Positions 1-10,955 of a stretch of 64,000 nt of DNA are shown here, one piece after another. Where the stretch lies: positions 248,001 to 312,000 of the forward strand of contig JBNJNM010000007.1 in the NCBI GenBank assembly GCA_052426225.1, in the 5' to 3' direction. The translations under genes were made by a program, and so were the position numbers. The notes beneath the pieces were generated by a model. That model saw nothing but the letters and a program-made list of their open reading frames with translations. It searched no databases and was not told where the DNA came from. This DNA is from Zancudomyces culisetae HAW-14-8. Lineage: Eukaryota > Fungi > Kickxellomycota. Position 1 is the stretch's first letter; each line of letters begins with the position of its first letter.

Positions 1-530
1 ATTTAAACCAGTGTAATTATTGTGTATGTGTATATTTAATTATTGATTTTGACTTTAAACCTGAAATATTCTTGTTGAGCGGTGATTGAAACAAGAATAA
101 TGAACTGGGTTGTTACTTTTATTGAAGACGATAATACTACAAAGCATTTAATATATTACTGTGGTTTATAAATCGAATTACAATTATGTTCTGATTTGCA
201 CATTGTGTGTATATTCACAGTAGTTCAATAATTATGCCTTGTTTTTTGAACAAAAAGAAAGAGAAAATCTAGCAATTATTAATATTAAACTGTCTTGTTT
301 ACTCTAAACAAGCTTAAATTGCCTAATACACTTTTTTCACCCACAGCTATTCGTTCAACATAAAAAACTATGTTAACTTTAGATTGAAAAGATAATGTCT
401 GTGTATTTGAATATATATACGTCTTACAACTTTCTATCATCATATAGAACTGATAACAATTTGATTTTGAGGCCGTCTTGTATTTTAAACAAAAGAAAAA
501 ACTCAAGAAAACACGTCTTGCTTATACTAC

Positions 531-1845
531 ATGTCACCATATATTGAGAGTGTTGCTGCAAAGAATTTTGATGCTAAAAGGTATGTAGTTTTCAAAATAG
601 CAACATATCTGTGTAGTTTCATGATCTTTTACTTTGTATTTCCATTAATACGTAATAGTTGCCGTTTTTTTTGTTACTTTGCCTTTAATTATACACACTT
701 TAACATATACAACGGCGAAAATGAATCAATTTTGATAATTTTATAGAAAACTTATTGAACTGAGTACAAAAGGCGCAAACTATCAATGTTTTGAGTGCCA
801 GTATCCTGTAAGTGATTAAATCCTATTGAATTTGCTTTGTATTCGTTTTGATTTCAGAATAGATGGTCTTGTAGAAAATAAAGTTTAAAATATTTCAAAA
901 TGACTGGTTATACAACTAAATAGAAATCCACACATGTCAATTTGTTTAATGGGACATTTGTATGCTGCACCTGTGCGGTCTTACTGTAAGTACTCTGCAA
1001 TTCCAATGCAAAATCGCAAGAGATTTACTTTTTTATATATTTCTGTTGTAACCAAACGCAGCTAATTTATTATTTTGATAACAGTAGAACAATCTTTTCG
1101 CATAAGGCTAAAGATATAAACAATGATGAGATCAATGAAGAAGATGTTGAAGTATTGAGTAGAGGAGGAAACAAGGTATTTGTTATTTCTTTCTTTTAAG
1201 AATATTCTTTTGTTCAAGAGTTCTGTTTCTCGTTCTCTCTTCTTGATAAAAATTTGTAAGTTCGAAATCAGCAGCTTGTTCATGTTATTAATCTTTGATT
1301 AACTTGTGTAGAAAGCAACAATGGTTTGGTTGAACAAATGGAAGGAGGGATCTCTTCCGTTACACCTTTGCCTATCTAAAGATAGTATGATTCTATATTT
1401 ACGCCTAAAATACGTTGACAAGGTTTGGGCGCTAGACACAAAAATATACGAGAGTAGCCCTGCACCATTTCGAAAACGTACCTCCGTTTCCCCTACTTTT
1501 TCGAAAACTATATCTTCTAAGCCTGAGCAAGTAGGCGAGTATGTTTTGGTACGCGGGTCTTCCCAGAGTCATAACTTGCCCGAAATCAAGAGGGAATCGG
1601 GTATTGTGAAAAAACAAAATGTATTATATTCTGATGTGTTTAGTTTTAAAGAGCCAAGGAGTGACCACCTAGATTCATATGTATACAACGAATCACCTAA
1701 CAACCTTGTACATTTCTCTGAGCACAGCGTTCTTATTGCTGATGACAAACCTACTTCTCGGTTTATATTTAACAAGACTCGAAGGTTTCTTCCCAAACCT
1801 GAAATTCCAGCTGTAATCGAGTATAAAACCACAAAAAGATGGTAA
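531..1845 (+). CDS. ArfGAP-domain protein (AGFG/Gts1-like), 5 exons: 531-580, 747-807, 924-985, 1085-1175, 1312-1845
   Basis: Joining GT-AG exons in frame gives ...GANYQCFECQYPKSTHVNLFNGTFVCCTCAVLLRTIFSHKAKDI...EVLSRGGNKKATMVWL...YLRLKYVDKVW. This is the ArfGAP CX2CX16CX2CX4R zinc finger, followed by the typical GGN and KYxxKxW segments. Confidence 0.85.
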
Positions 1846-3281
1846 AAATTAAGCATTGGCAAATATATAGAATAGTGTATTTACCACCACTATACCCCTT
1901 TAGAAAATTTAAATTTTGATCAGATGCATCTACTCCATGCTTTAACCATTGTGTTTGTATATAACACCATTAGTATTGTATATCAAAAAAGGAAATAAAT
2001 ATAAAATAATTTAAACACTTTTATTGGAAATAACGATGTAACATGTTCCCAGACTCATGGTACTAGCTGAGCCCCGTCAACAAACTTTTATCACTCATAG
2101 GAGAAGGAAAAGTAAATTGAAAAAATGAATTGAAGAAGATCATGCGTTCAGATCGCTTTTTTTTATGATTACATTTGGTGAAGCTTTTGATGAGAGCTAA
2201 ACATATGTTACATTATATTTAATTACAAAGAACTTTTAATGACTTTATTGAGTAGTTAACAGCCATCCAACTCCGCCAACTGAGAAAGGATCAAGAAAAA
2301 ATAGATAGCCTGTTGTTGACTGATTAACTATGCGCAGCACAACCAAAATTTACATTAATTTCCATGTACTGATGGTTAGAGGATGTGTATCTGCGCAGTT
2401 TATCGCTGTTTTTATGATATACTGAGTATATTGAGCATATTGGGTAATTGAGTATACTGTGTATATTGAATGTATATTTAGACTGTATACAGGATGGTAT
2501 GATTCTGAGTGTTTATTTTTATGGTTCTTGGTGAAATTCAAGATGACACTATACTTTGTCACTATGTGCAAATTAGAGGAGAACCTTGGATATTTGAATT
2601 CGTCGACATTATTGGCTGTGATAAATAGCCACAAAAAAGAAAAAAAGCACACACACGCATATCTCACATGTCTCACAAAAAACACACAACTTAACCTGCT
2701 TTTTCTCACACGCCTTTTGCTTTTGTTCATAATTAAAATTGGTAAAGTTATGGAATGGACAAATGGTAGCCAAGGTAGCCTATGGTTTAAAGATTTATTT
2801 ACTTTAATTTTCTCCCTTTTCTTTGTAAAACAAAAAAAAGCAGTTGTGGTAAGATTGAAATCATCCAATAATTGCAAAAAGAAAATATGTTTTCATTAGG
2901 TAAATTTCATAATACAACCATTTTTTTTAACTAAGTTTTTTTGGAATCCAGGAAATAAGACACTGGGAATAATGTTGGTAATGGCTAGAAAAAAAGGGCA
3001 AAATGTGGGCCAAACCAAATACCACGAATAAGATTGGGTTTGAGATTGGGTTTAGGGGAAGACTATTATATAAAGGGTTGGTGTGCACTTGATTTTTGTT
3101 TGAAAGTATATTGGCCAAACCAAATAATAGAAAGAGAAGTAAATGGAGGGTATGAAAGAGGTGGTTATTTTACTATAGATTTTATTGATATAGAGAGTAA
3201 AGGCTATGTAGCACACATACATACCCACACAAAGAAAAAGTGACCGATAAAAAAGAAAACACGTAGACAAAAAACAATAGA

Positions 3282-5621
3282 ATGGCATCCAGAGAACTTT
3301 CATTGATAGAAAAGGAAAACGAGATAACAAGAGTCCAGGAGACAGTACATAACAGAAATGTCAATAAACTTCCACCCGAGCTTGATCACTATGGCAATGT
3401 AGAGTACAAGTACAAGTTGACACACGTGGACTGTAAAAGGGTTCAGCACTTGACAACACAGCTTCAGTGGCGACTTTCGGAGGGGAATGGGGAGGCACGA
3501 TACCAAATTGGGGTGTTGGACGATGGAAGTCTAAAAGGAATAACTGTAGAGGAAATGAAACGGACAATAGAGGTTCTTAGAAGCATGGCGGGTAAAATAG
3601 AGAATGTAGAGGTAGAATGTACAAGGTGGAGAAAAGTGGGAGAGTATGTTGAGGCGGATGTGGAAAAGTTTCACAGACAACATGGAAAAAAGAAACAACC
3701 AAAGAAGCCAAGAGGGGGGGTATACGCACATACCGAAGATACTTCTGTGATCAGCAGGGATAGCAAGCACGATAGCAAAGAGCCCGAGGTAAAGCTAAAT
3801 AGAGGACTTTTTGTATCGGAGGTAAGATTTAGACAACGAGAGGATAAGCTAAGGGAGAGTATAGATTTAAGAATAGCACTGATAGGAGACCATACAGCAG
3901 GAAAGAGCACAATAGTCGGTTGCATTGCGCATGGAATAAAGGATAATGGACGAGGGAAGGCGCGGATGGGGGTGTTGAAGCATAAGCATGAGATAGAAAC
4001 AGGGAGGAGTAGCTCTATAAATCAAGTAGTGGTGGACTTAGGAGAAGGCGGGAAAGTATTAAACAAGGCAAATATCGAACAAGACGAGGATAAAACAGGA
4101 GTGGTAAAGAAGCATGTAGAGTTTATAGATACATGTGGACACCCAAAATATTTCAAGACAACAATTAGGGGGATATTTAAAAGCCGACCAGACTATTTAT
4201 GGCTAGTAGTAGCGGCAGACAGCACAATAAACAACAGTAGGCTCAAACAGTATCTAGCATATTCAATGCTTTTAGGGTCACCAATAATGGTGGTTGTGAC
4301 AAAGGTGGAGCAATCAAAGAGGGAACGACTAAATAAGGTGATAATACAACTTATCGAAACACTGAATGAGGTATTACCGAATAGTGGACAGATACTTTTG
4401 AGTGTTAATGATAGGGCAGTGAATGATGATATCGGAATCATAGCACAGGATTTTATGGAAAGAAAAGTGGTTCCGATAATACTGTGTTCGTGTACAACAA
4501 ACGATATGGGTTTATTGACTAGACTAGCATTCCAACTCGAATCAAGGACAAGTATGACTCTGAGGCATCAAAAAAAAGAAAAATCAGAGTTGAAATATGA
4601 GCATACTGTATCAAGAGTAGGTGATGTTGTACTCAAAGAGAAAGATCTGGATTATGATGGAGGGAATTTAAATATGATCAACGACAATAATAATAATAAT
4701 AATAATAATGTAGTCTGTGGTGAGTTTGTAATTGAAAATGTATTTTATGTACCAATGATCGGAAACGTAGCTGTTGGTCAAATCCTGAATGGCTCGATTT
4801 GTACCAATAATGAATCCAAAGTAATGGAGAAAAGTAGTGGAGCTAAAGACAAAACCAGCTATTTGGGCCCAGATAAACAAGGTCTGTTTTACAGGGTCAA
4901 GGTAGCCTCTATTCACAGGCACGGTACCCCAATTCTCCGAGCAAACTCGGGTCATTTAGTATCTATAGTTATATCTGGATATACCTCAGCTGAAACCAAC
5001 AATCCGTCCTCGGCTCCGGAAATCCGACCAGGCTCTGTTCTGATTCAACTCTCACATTCTAATTTTGGTACAAATAGTAGACATCCAACTTTACAATGCT
5101 TCAGCCCTCCTCTTCCACTACTTTTGAGAAAAAGAGTTCGTCTAAAACTACAGGCTCACGCTCTACTACTTGAACGTGTAAAGAACAACGATTATGGTAC
5201 TCTTTTTTGTGGTTCTGTGCGCCAGTGGGCCAAAATAGTTCATCTTTCCGACTACATGTCTGACTATAGTCATGCCCTTATCAAACAAACTGATTATACT
5301 GGTTCTGGCGCATCTTCTTGCTCTTCGCTTCTTGAATCTCTAAAGCTTTCTTTAACCCAAGATTCGGCGCCCACTGGCCAACAGACCCTGTTATCTTCAT
5401 CCAGTGAGTATGCAAATAGCAGTAGTGATTACTCTTCGACTTTACAAACCGTTCTCAAGACACCCTGTCGCCGTAACGCTACAAATGTAACCACCAAATC
5501 TTCGGGTGATAAAGCTACTGTGATGTTTCTGCTTACCGGCGGATATGAGTATATTAGACCGAATTCTCCATTCTTGTTTATCAAGGATACTAAAATCACT
5601 ATGCTCGGTATGATTTTTTGA
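3282..5621 (+). CDS. GTPBP2: GTP-binding protein 2-like translational GTPase (GTPBP1/2 family), intronless
   Basis: N-terminal PPExxxGNVEYKYKL...LTTQLQWRLSEGNGEARYQIGVLDDG, G1 GDHTAGKST, KHKHEIETGRSSS, G3 DTCGH, and an EF-Tu-like domain II (FYVPMIGNVAVGQI, VASIHRH). Confidence 0.85.
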   Translation: MASRELSLIEKENEITRVQETVHNRNVNKLPPELDHYGNVEYKYKLTHVDCKRVQHLTTQLQWRLSEGNGEARYQIGVLDDGSLKGITVEEMKRTIEVLRSMAGKIENVEVECTRWRKVGEYVEADVEKFHRQHGKKKQPKKPRGGVYAHTEDTSVISRDSKHDSKEPEVKLNRGLFVSEVRFRQREDKLRESIDLRIALIGDHTAGKSTIVGCIAHGIKDNGRGKARMGVLKHKHEIETGRSSSINQVVVDLGEGGKVLNKANIEQDEDKTGVVKKHVEFIDTCGHPKYFKTTIRGIFKSRPDYLWLVVAADSTINNSRLKQYLAYSMLLGSPIMVVVTKVEQSKRERLNKVIIQLIETLNEVLPNSGQILLSVNDRAVNDDIGIIAQDFMERKVVPIILCSCTTNDMGLLTRLAFQLESRTSMTLRHQKKEKSELKYEHTVSRVGDVVLKEKDLDYDGGNLNMINDNNNNNNNNVVCGEFVIENVFYVPMIGNVAVGQILNGSICTNNESKVMEKSSGAKDKTSYLGPDKQGLFYRVKVASIHRHGTPILRANSGHLVSIVISGYTSAETNNPSSAPEIRPGSVLIQLSHSNFGTNSRHPTLQCFSPPLPLLLRKRVRLKLQAHALLLERVKNNDYGTLFCGSVRQWAKIVHLSDYMSDYSHALIKQTDYTGSGASSCSSLLESLKLSLTQDSAPTGQQTLLSSSSEYANSSSDYSSTLQTVLKTPCRRNATNVTTKSSGDKATVMFLLTGGYEYIRPNSPFLFIKDTKITMLGMIF
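4684..4709 (+). repeat. (AAT)n microsatellite encoding a poly-Asn tract
   Basis: acaataataataataataataataat inside the GTPBP2-like CDS. Confidence 0.9.
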
Positions 5622-6061
5622 TTCCCCTTTTTTTTTCTTTTTACCTTTGCATAATGATCTTTTGATTACCAATAAATTCAACATAAATACTGTGCAATAA
5701 AATATTAAAAACCAAGAACCCCCTCTCCCAACCCACTTGCTGATTTCATTGCAATTTTTATGAGTACTATCATCCCCGCCTCTATCCACTTTTTGAAAAA
5801 TAAAATCAAATTTAATAATCAATTTCTCAACTTCAAGCATAAATCACAACTGACCAAGCATATTTACAACAATACTTTTTCCAAGCCAAGAGATTCAATA
5901 ATAATATATAAGACTAATTAAATTTCAGAACTCCACATAAATCAGGATAACGAGTTCCCAGAATTATCTGTGAATATATTCGAGACGATCCAATTAGCAA
6001 TTTGTATAGCACAAAAAGGCTTTTTTTTTATTTGCACAAATAGATATAAATATAGATAATA

Positions 6062-7510
6062 ATGGCAGGAATTAGTACAAGTACCAGACTTGCAAAACTC
6101 AACCAAAACGTTCATGTTTATTCTAGACAGAACTTTTACCTTTCAATTTTGAATACTGGATCTGCCCTGAAAAATACCAACTTCAAATGTGGAATAAACA
6201 GTCTGCAATTTTCGCGATTTTACTTTACGATTCTCAAGGACAACGTTAAATTATCAAAATCCTCAAAAAAAGGTACAACTTCTTCCAGAAATTTGCGATT
6301 TCTTCCAACAAATTACAGAAATATCCATACTACGTTCAAATCGAGGAATAACCAGCAGTCGGACCAAGGATTTGATCCACGAATTATGGAACATATCTTT
6401 GGTGATGGCAGTAATAAACCACCCAAAGTAAAGCTACTTTCACCTGTACTATGGACCGTTCTTTTTATTGGTGGAGTATTCACTTTTTCGTCCTATATGA
6501 TGATTAAAGAGCAACTAGAAAAGAAAAAACGTAGAGGGTACAAAGATATTCCTTGGTACTGGGGAGAAGACGATCGAGTTGGAGATATTAATGGGAACGG
6601 CAGTGGGACTATTTACAAAAGTTTGGGGCTAGAAGGAATATTTGGATGGTTCGGTGGTCAAAATAGCGATCCTCGAGATAAGGAATATGAGACACTAATG
6701 AACCTGAAAAAGTTACTACCCAAGAACCATGTCGAACATGGCGAGAAACATAGAAGAGCATTGTTGAAAATAGCTAGCTTGCCGGATTATATAGCACCAA
6801 CCGAGGTGAAAAAGGCAATGATAATGGCGGCAGATAACTGGTACGGTTTAAGCAAAGCCAAAAAAATGACTTTTGGGATTATTGGGATCAATTTGGCAGT
6901 ATTTGGAATGTGGCAAATCCCAGCGCTTCAAAGATTCATGTACCGACACTTTTCCCATAACAGTTTATATCTAAGAAACCACACACTGATTACCAGTGTA
7001 TTTTCGCACAAGACATTCTTCCATTTGGGATTCAATATGCTTGCTCTACATTCCTTTGCACCTTCGCTAATTCATACACTAGGCGTTTACGAATTTCTGG
7101 CGTTTTATCTGTCTGCTGGTGTCTTTTCCTCACTAATCAGTCATCTTGCCTACGTACTAATTCCATTCCGCAGGGCACTCATAGGAAGTTCAATCTCATT
7201 GGGTGCTAGTGGTGCTCTTTATTCTGTCATAGTAGCTGTTGCGCACTTTTACCCGAACACCAAGGTGAACATAATGTTTATTCCTTACCCTTTTGAAATA
7301 GGACCCACTATTAAGGCTGCAGTTTGTTTTGATGCAGTCATGGCCATTTTGAACAAGAGTATCTTTGACCACTTTGCGCATTTGGGTGGTGCCGGCTTTG
7401 GTTACTTGTACTTTGCTAATAACAATGAGCTTAGAAGTATGATGTGGAAATACCATGGCCAATTAGCCTACAAAATATTGGAAGTTACTCAGGGCCATAA
7501 AGATCGGTAA
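6062..7510 (+). CDS. PCP1: Mitochondrial rhomboid protease (PCP1/PARL family)
   Basis: Basic N-terminal presequence, FSHKTFFHLGFNM, catalytic GASG and DHFAHLGG motifs, several transmembrane segments. Confidence 0.92.
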   Translation: MAGISTSTRLAKLNQNVHVYSRQNFYLSILNTGSALKNTNFKCGINSLQFSRFYFTILKDNVKLSKSSKKGTTSSRNLRFLPTNYRNIHTTFKSRNNQQSDQGFDPRIMEHIFGDGSNKPPKVKLLSPVLWTVLFIGGVFTFSSYMMIKEQLEKKKRRGYKDIPWYWGEDDRVGDINGNGSGTIYKSLGLEGIFGWFGGQNSDPRDKEYETLMNLKKLLPKNHVEHGEKHRRALLKIASLPDYIAPTEVKKAMIMAADNWYGLSKAKKMTFGIIGINLAVFGMWQIPALQRFMYRHFSHNSLYLRNHTLITSVFSHKTFFHLGFNMLALHSFAPSLIHTLGVYEFLAFYLSAGVFSSLISHLAYVLIPFRRALIGSSISLGASGALYSVIVAVAHFYPNTKVNIMFIPYPFEIGPTIKAAVCFDAVMAILNKSIFDHFAHLGGAGFGYLYFANNNELRSMMWKYHGQLAYKILEVTQGHKDR

Positions 7511-8274
7511 TAATAATAATAATAATCTAATTGGGACTTGGAATTTGGTTATTCTGACCCCAGTTTAAATACTTTTACTTTCTTTTTTTGGTTAGCTTTA
7601 GAGTTGGCGTTTAGTTTATAGACCTTTTTTTTAGCGTCATTTTCACATTTCCCTCTTCCTCCACAAATATCAATATATATTTGGGATCAATATAATAAAA
7701 ATATTGCTTGATAGATGATCAGGTAAGGAGGGTCGGATCGTGGTATACGCTTTAAACAGTTTTTTAATGCCTTTCTACCTTGGCCATTTTCTGTGATTCA
7801 ACCATTACACTATTGATGTAAAAATAAAAATGGAAAAAAAAATTGGTTAAAGAAAATTTTTTTAATTTCACAGTTTTCCCCACCACTACCCACAAAAGCA
7901 AAAAATAATCAGAGTTGTAATTGGAATTCAAATCGAAATATTTAATATTTTTTTTCATAAAAAAAAGAGCTTTTAGGAACAGGCTGAATATAATAAAAAG
8001 ATCCACTACTTTCAAGGCTCGTCACTACGAATAGACCGAAAAGGTAAGGCTTTATAAACATATATGCATTGGAATTGGAATTAGAAATTATCGAGTTTCG
8101 ATTTGTTCATTCGGTTACCTCCTTTTCGAAACTGATTTAACATCCCCTTCAATTTTCTAAAATATCTAAACGTATACGCATTTAATCTTGTAGTGGGGAA
8201 AGCTTGGCTGTACAGTAGAGGAAAACAAAGGAAACGGGTAAATATAACTGTGAGGATTCATACATCATAATACA

Positions 8275-9417
8275 ATGGGTGTAAAAAAGAAAAGTAAGAA
8301 GATTGACATCAAGAGTTTGGTGAGGAAAATAAAGGAATTGCTAGAGGTAGAAGATTACGAAGTGGCGGAAAAGTTTTGTGCAAAAGGGCTGAGTTTAGAA
8401 CCCTCTAATACAGAAGTATTGGAATTGGCGGCTATTGTAAAATTTGAATTGGGAGAACCAGAACCAGCAACACAGGTAAAAGATGGTTATTTTAAAGTAT
8501 TTTTCCACAACGTTTGTAGGTTGGGAATATCTGTACTTCTAGAAATACTATATTACAACAACAATGTTTTGCAAGAATAGTTTTAACAATTGAATTCTAT
8601 AAAAAAAAACTTGATTAAATAGTACTTGCTAAAGTGTGTTAGTTTGGAGCCCGAAAGTGGATACGAGAAATACATGTATTTAGGACAAATGACAACCGAA
8701 AAAACATCGATCCAGTACTACTTGAAGGGAATAGAAATAATCAAAAACCAAATCCAACAGACCAAAGTAACAGAAAACTCAGAGGAGGGACAAAATCTCA
8801 AGCGGAAAGCAGCCGATGCGTATGTATCAATGACAGAGATTTACCTGTCCGATTTGTGTTTTGAACCAGATGCAGAGGCAAAGTGTGAAGAGTACTTGAA
8901 GTTGGCAGCAGAAGTTGACCCAAATTGCCCAGTAGTGTACCAGACCCTAGCATCTGTGCGAATGAGCCAGAACAATTTGGAAGATGCTGTGTTGAACCTC
9001 AAAAAATCAGTAGAGATGTGGCAGGCAAACCCACAGCTAACACCGTCGTACGAAAATAGAATCAGTCTGGCTAGACTCATGATCGAAGCCCAGTTATATG
9101 ACGACTGTTTGACTTTGCTGGAAACTTTACAACGTGAAGACGACCAATATGTAGATTTGTGGTATTTGTATGGGTGGATTTATTATTTGGTAGGTTCAGA
9201 GTCTCAAGATAAACTTGAATATTTTGCGAGTGCTGCAGAATGCTTAGAGCAAGCTCTCAAAGTAATCAAACTCGGCCAGTACTGTGACCACGACCTCGCC
9301 TCTCACTGCACACAACTACTCGAAGAAATATACTCCCTGTATCCAAAGGATCAACTTCGTAAAGAAATCGATGATGCCCTGCCACCATCTGAAGAATCCG
9401 ATATGGAGCTCAACTAA
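8275..9417 (+). CDS. ACL4: TPR protein, assembly chaperone of Rpl4; exons 8275-8475 and 8623-9417
   Basis: GT-AG intron 8476-8622 keeps the frame. Motifs GYEKYMYLGQ, SMTEIYLSDLCFEPDAEAKCE, QTLASVRMSQ, PSYENRISLARLMIE and DLWYLYGW resemble Acl4. Confidence 0.85.
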
Positions 9418-10376
9418 TCTTCTTTTGCATTTACTATTTCCATTATCTGGTGCCTGATTTCTCCTAACCCTAGATCTATTTCGCTACTTGCAACAATCGT
9501 ATCTACTATGCTCGACGAGTATCTTCTTTGTTTTATTATTTTCATGATTTCGAGTTTCCTCTTTTTTACCATGCTATAGTCGATCTTATCTGCCTTTGTC
9601 AATATTAGAGTTATTTTCATATCCTTGTTGATCTGTTTCATCAGTTCTAAAAATTCTATATCACTGTTTTTAAGTTCCCCGACTTTTATATCCAAGAGTA
9701 AATATACCATTTTCAGCTGTTTCCGATTTTCCAAATAATCGATTATATACTCGCCCCACTCCTCCCGACTTTTATATCCATACCCCGGCATATCCACCAA
9801 TTTAAATTTACTTTCGAGCGCAAAAAAGTTTATCAACCTAGTTCTCCCGGGCTTAGAGCTTGTTTTGACCAAATTCTTTTCAAAAACCAGTTTGTTTATT
9901 AGCGAACTTTTCCCAACATTACTTCTTCCAATAAAACAGACCTCTGGTGCCCTTTCTAGAGTCAATGCAGTACTGCCACCTCCTGTCAAACTCTTGGCCC
10001 CCCTCACCATCTGTTCAAACGATGGTATTCCCGGACTGCTCGTTATAAATTTTGCTCTGTTTTTTTCGAAATACTGCTGTGCTTTTAGGTACCGATCCAA
10101 TACTTCCTTGTCATCATTATACCTTTCTTTTAACCGACTTTCCTCTGTTAAATCTAGGATTTCGCGCTTTTGTTTGCGTGACATTTTCCCCTTGTATCCT
10201 CCAGGCTTGCTGTTTTTTTGTTCTCCATCTTTGCGATCCACTTGATTCGTGCTGTGCTCGGTGCTGGCAGATGTGTAAAATCTAATTCCTTGTGAGAGTT
10301 GAGTAAAACCCAGATCGCAACGCTTTACCTGTACAAGGGGTTGATAGAATCTTTTTGCTGCGGTTCTGAGAGCCAT
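9414..10376 (-). CDS. EngB/YihA-family GTPase, probably mitochondrial (MRX8/GTPBP8-like)
   Basis: PEVCFIGRSNVGKSSLIN, SSKPGRTRLINFF, DMPGYG, TKADK. The first ATG (10376) begins a presequence-like MALRTAAKRF. Confidence 0.9.
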   Translation of the reverse strand: MALRTAAKRFYQPLVQVKRCDLGFTQLSQGIRFYTSASTEHSTNQVDRKDGEQKNSKPGGYKGKMSRKQKREILDLTEESRLKERYNDDKEVLDRYLKAQQYFEKNRAKFITSSPGIPSFEQMVRGAKSLTGGGSTALTLERAPEVCFIGRSNVGKSSLINKLVFEKNLVKTSSKPGRTRLINFFALESKFKLVDMPGYGYKSREEWGEYIIDYLENRKQLKMVYLLLDIKVGELKNSDIEFLELMKQINKDMKITLILTKADKIDYSMVKKRKLEIMKIIKQRRYSSSIVDTIVASSEIDLGLGEIRHQIMEIVNAKED

Positions 10377-10955
10377 TTCGAATGTCTCTACCTTTTTCAA
10401 CGAATCCGTTGTTTGATTTCTGAATTAAATCCGCCTCTTTTTTTTCGCACTAAAGCTTCGTGAAAATATTTATCTTTTTCTATTTAAAAAAAATTGATTA
10501 ATTTCTTGCTGGCTTTTCTGGATCAATGACTAATTGAATGTCATTTAAACCCTTTCAGCCTGAGATCTGACCTCATTTGAGCACTTTTAAATCAAGCGTG
10601 CTGCCTTTTGTCTGGCTACCACACACCAATATACCTCAACAGCTACTGGAACGCATTGAGCAACTGTACCCCGTTGGTATAAAGATTGTTCATCCTATTT
10701 GCTCCCAAAACCAACACACTTCTCGACCAAACACATTTTACCAACCGCATTTCATCTCCGCTCATTTACGTGTCATGTATAGCTATTTTTTCAAAAATAT
10801 TAGCATGTGATTAATGCTGACTAATGTTTATTACCACTGCGTTCCAACTTCTATTTAAACACTAACAAAAAGCGTTCCATCTTTTTTTCAGTTCTTAAAA
10901 TACACAAAGTTTCGCTGTTTTAAAATAAAGACAACAAAAAGAAGAGAAAAAAGTC

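Noticed and set aside
801-808. GTATCCTG resembling a U12-type 5' splice site
   Set aside because: It is exonic (codons Q-Y-P). The real donor is the adjacent GTAAGT, which preserves the ArfGAP CX16C spacing.
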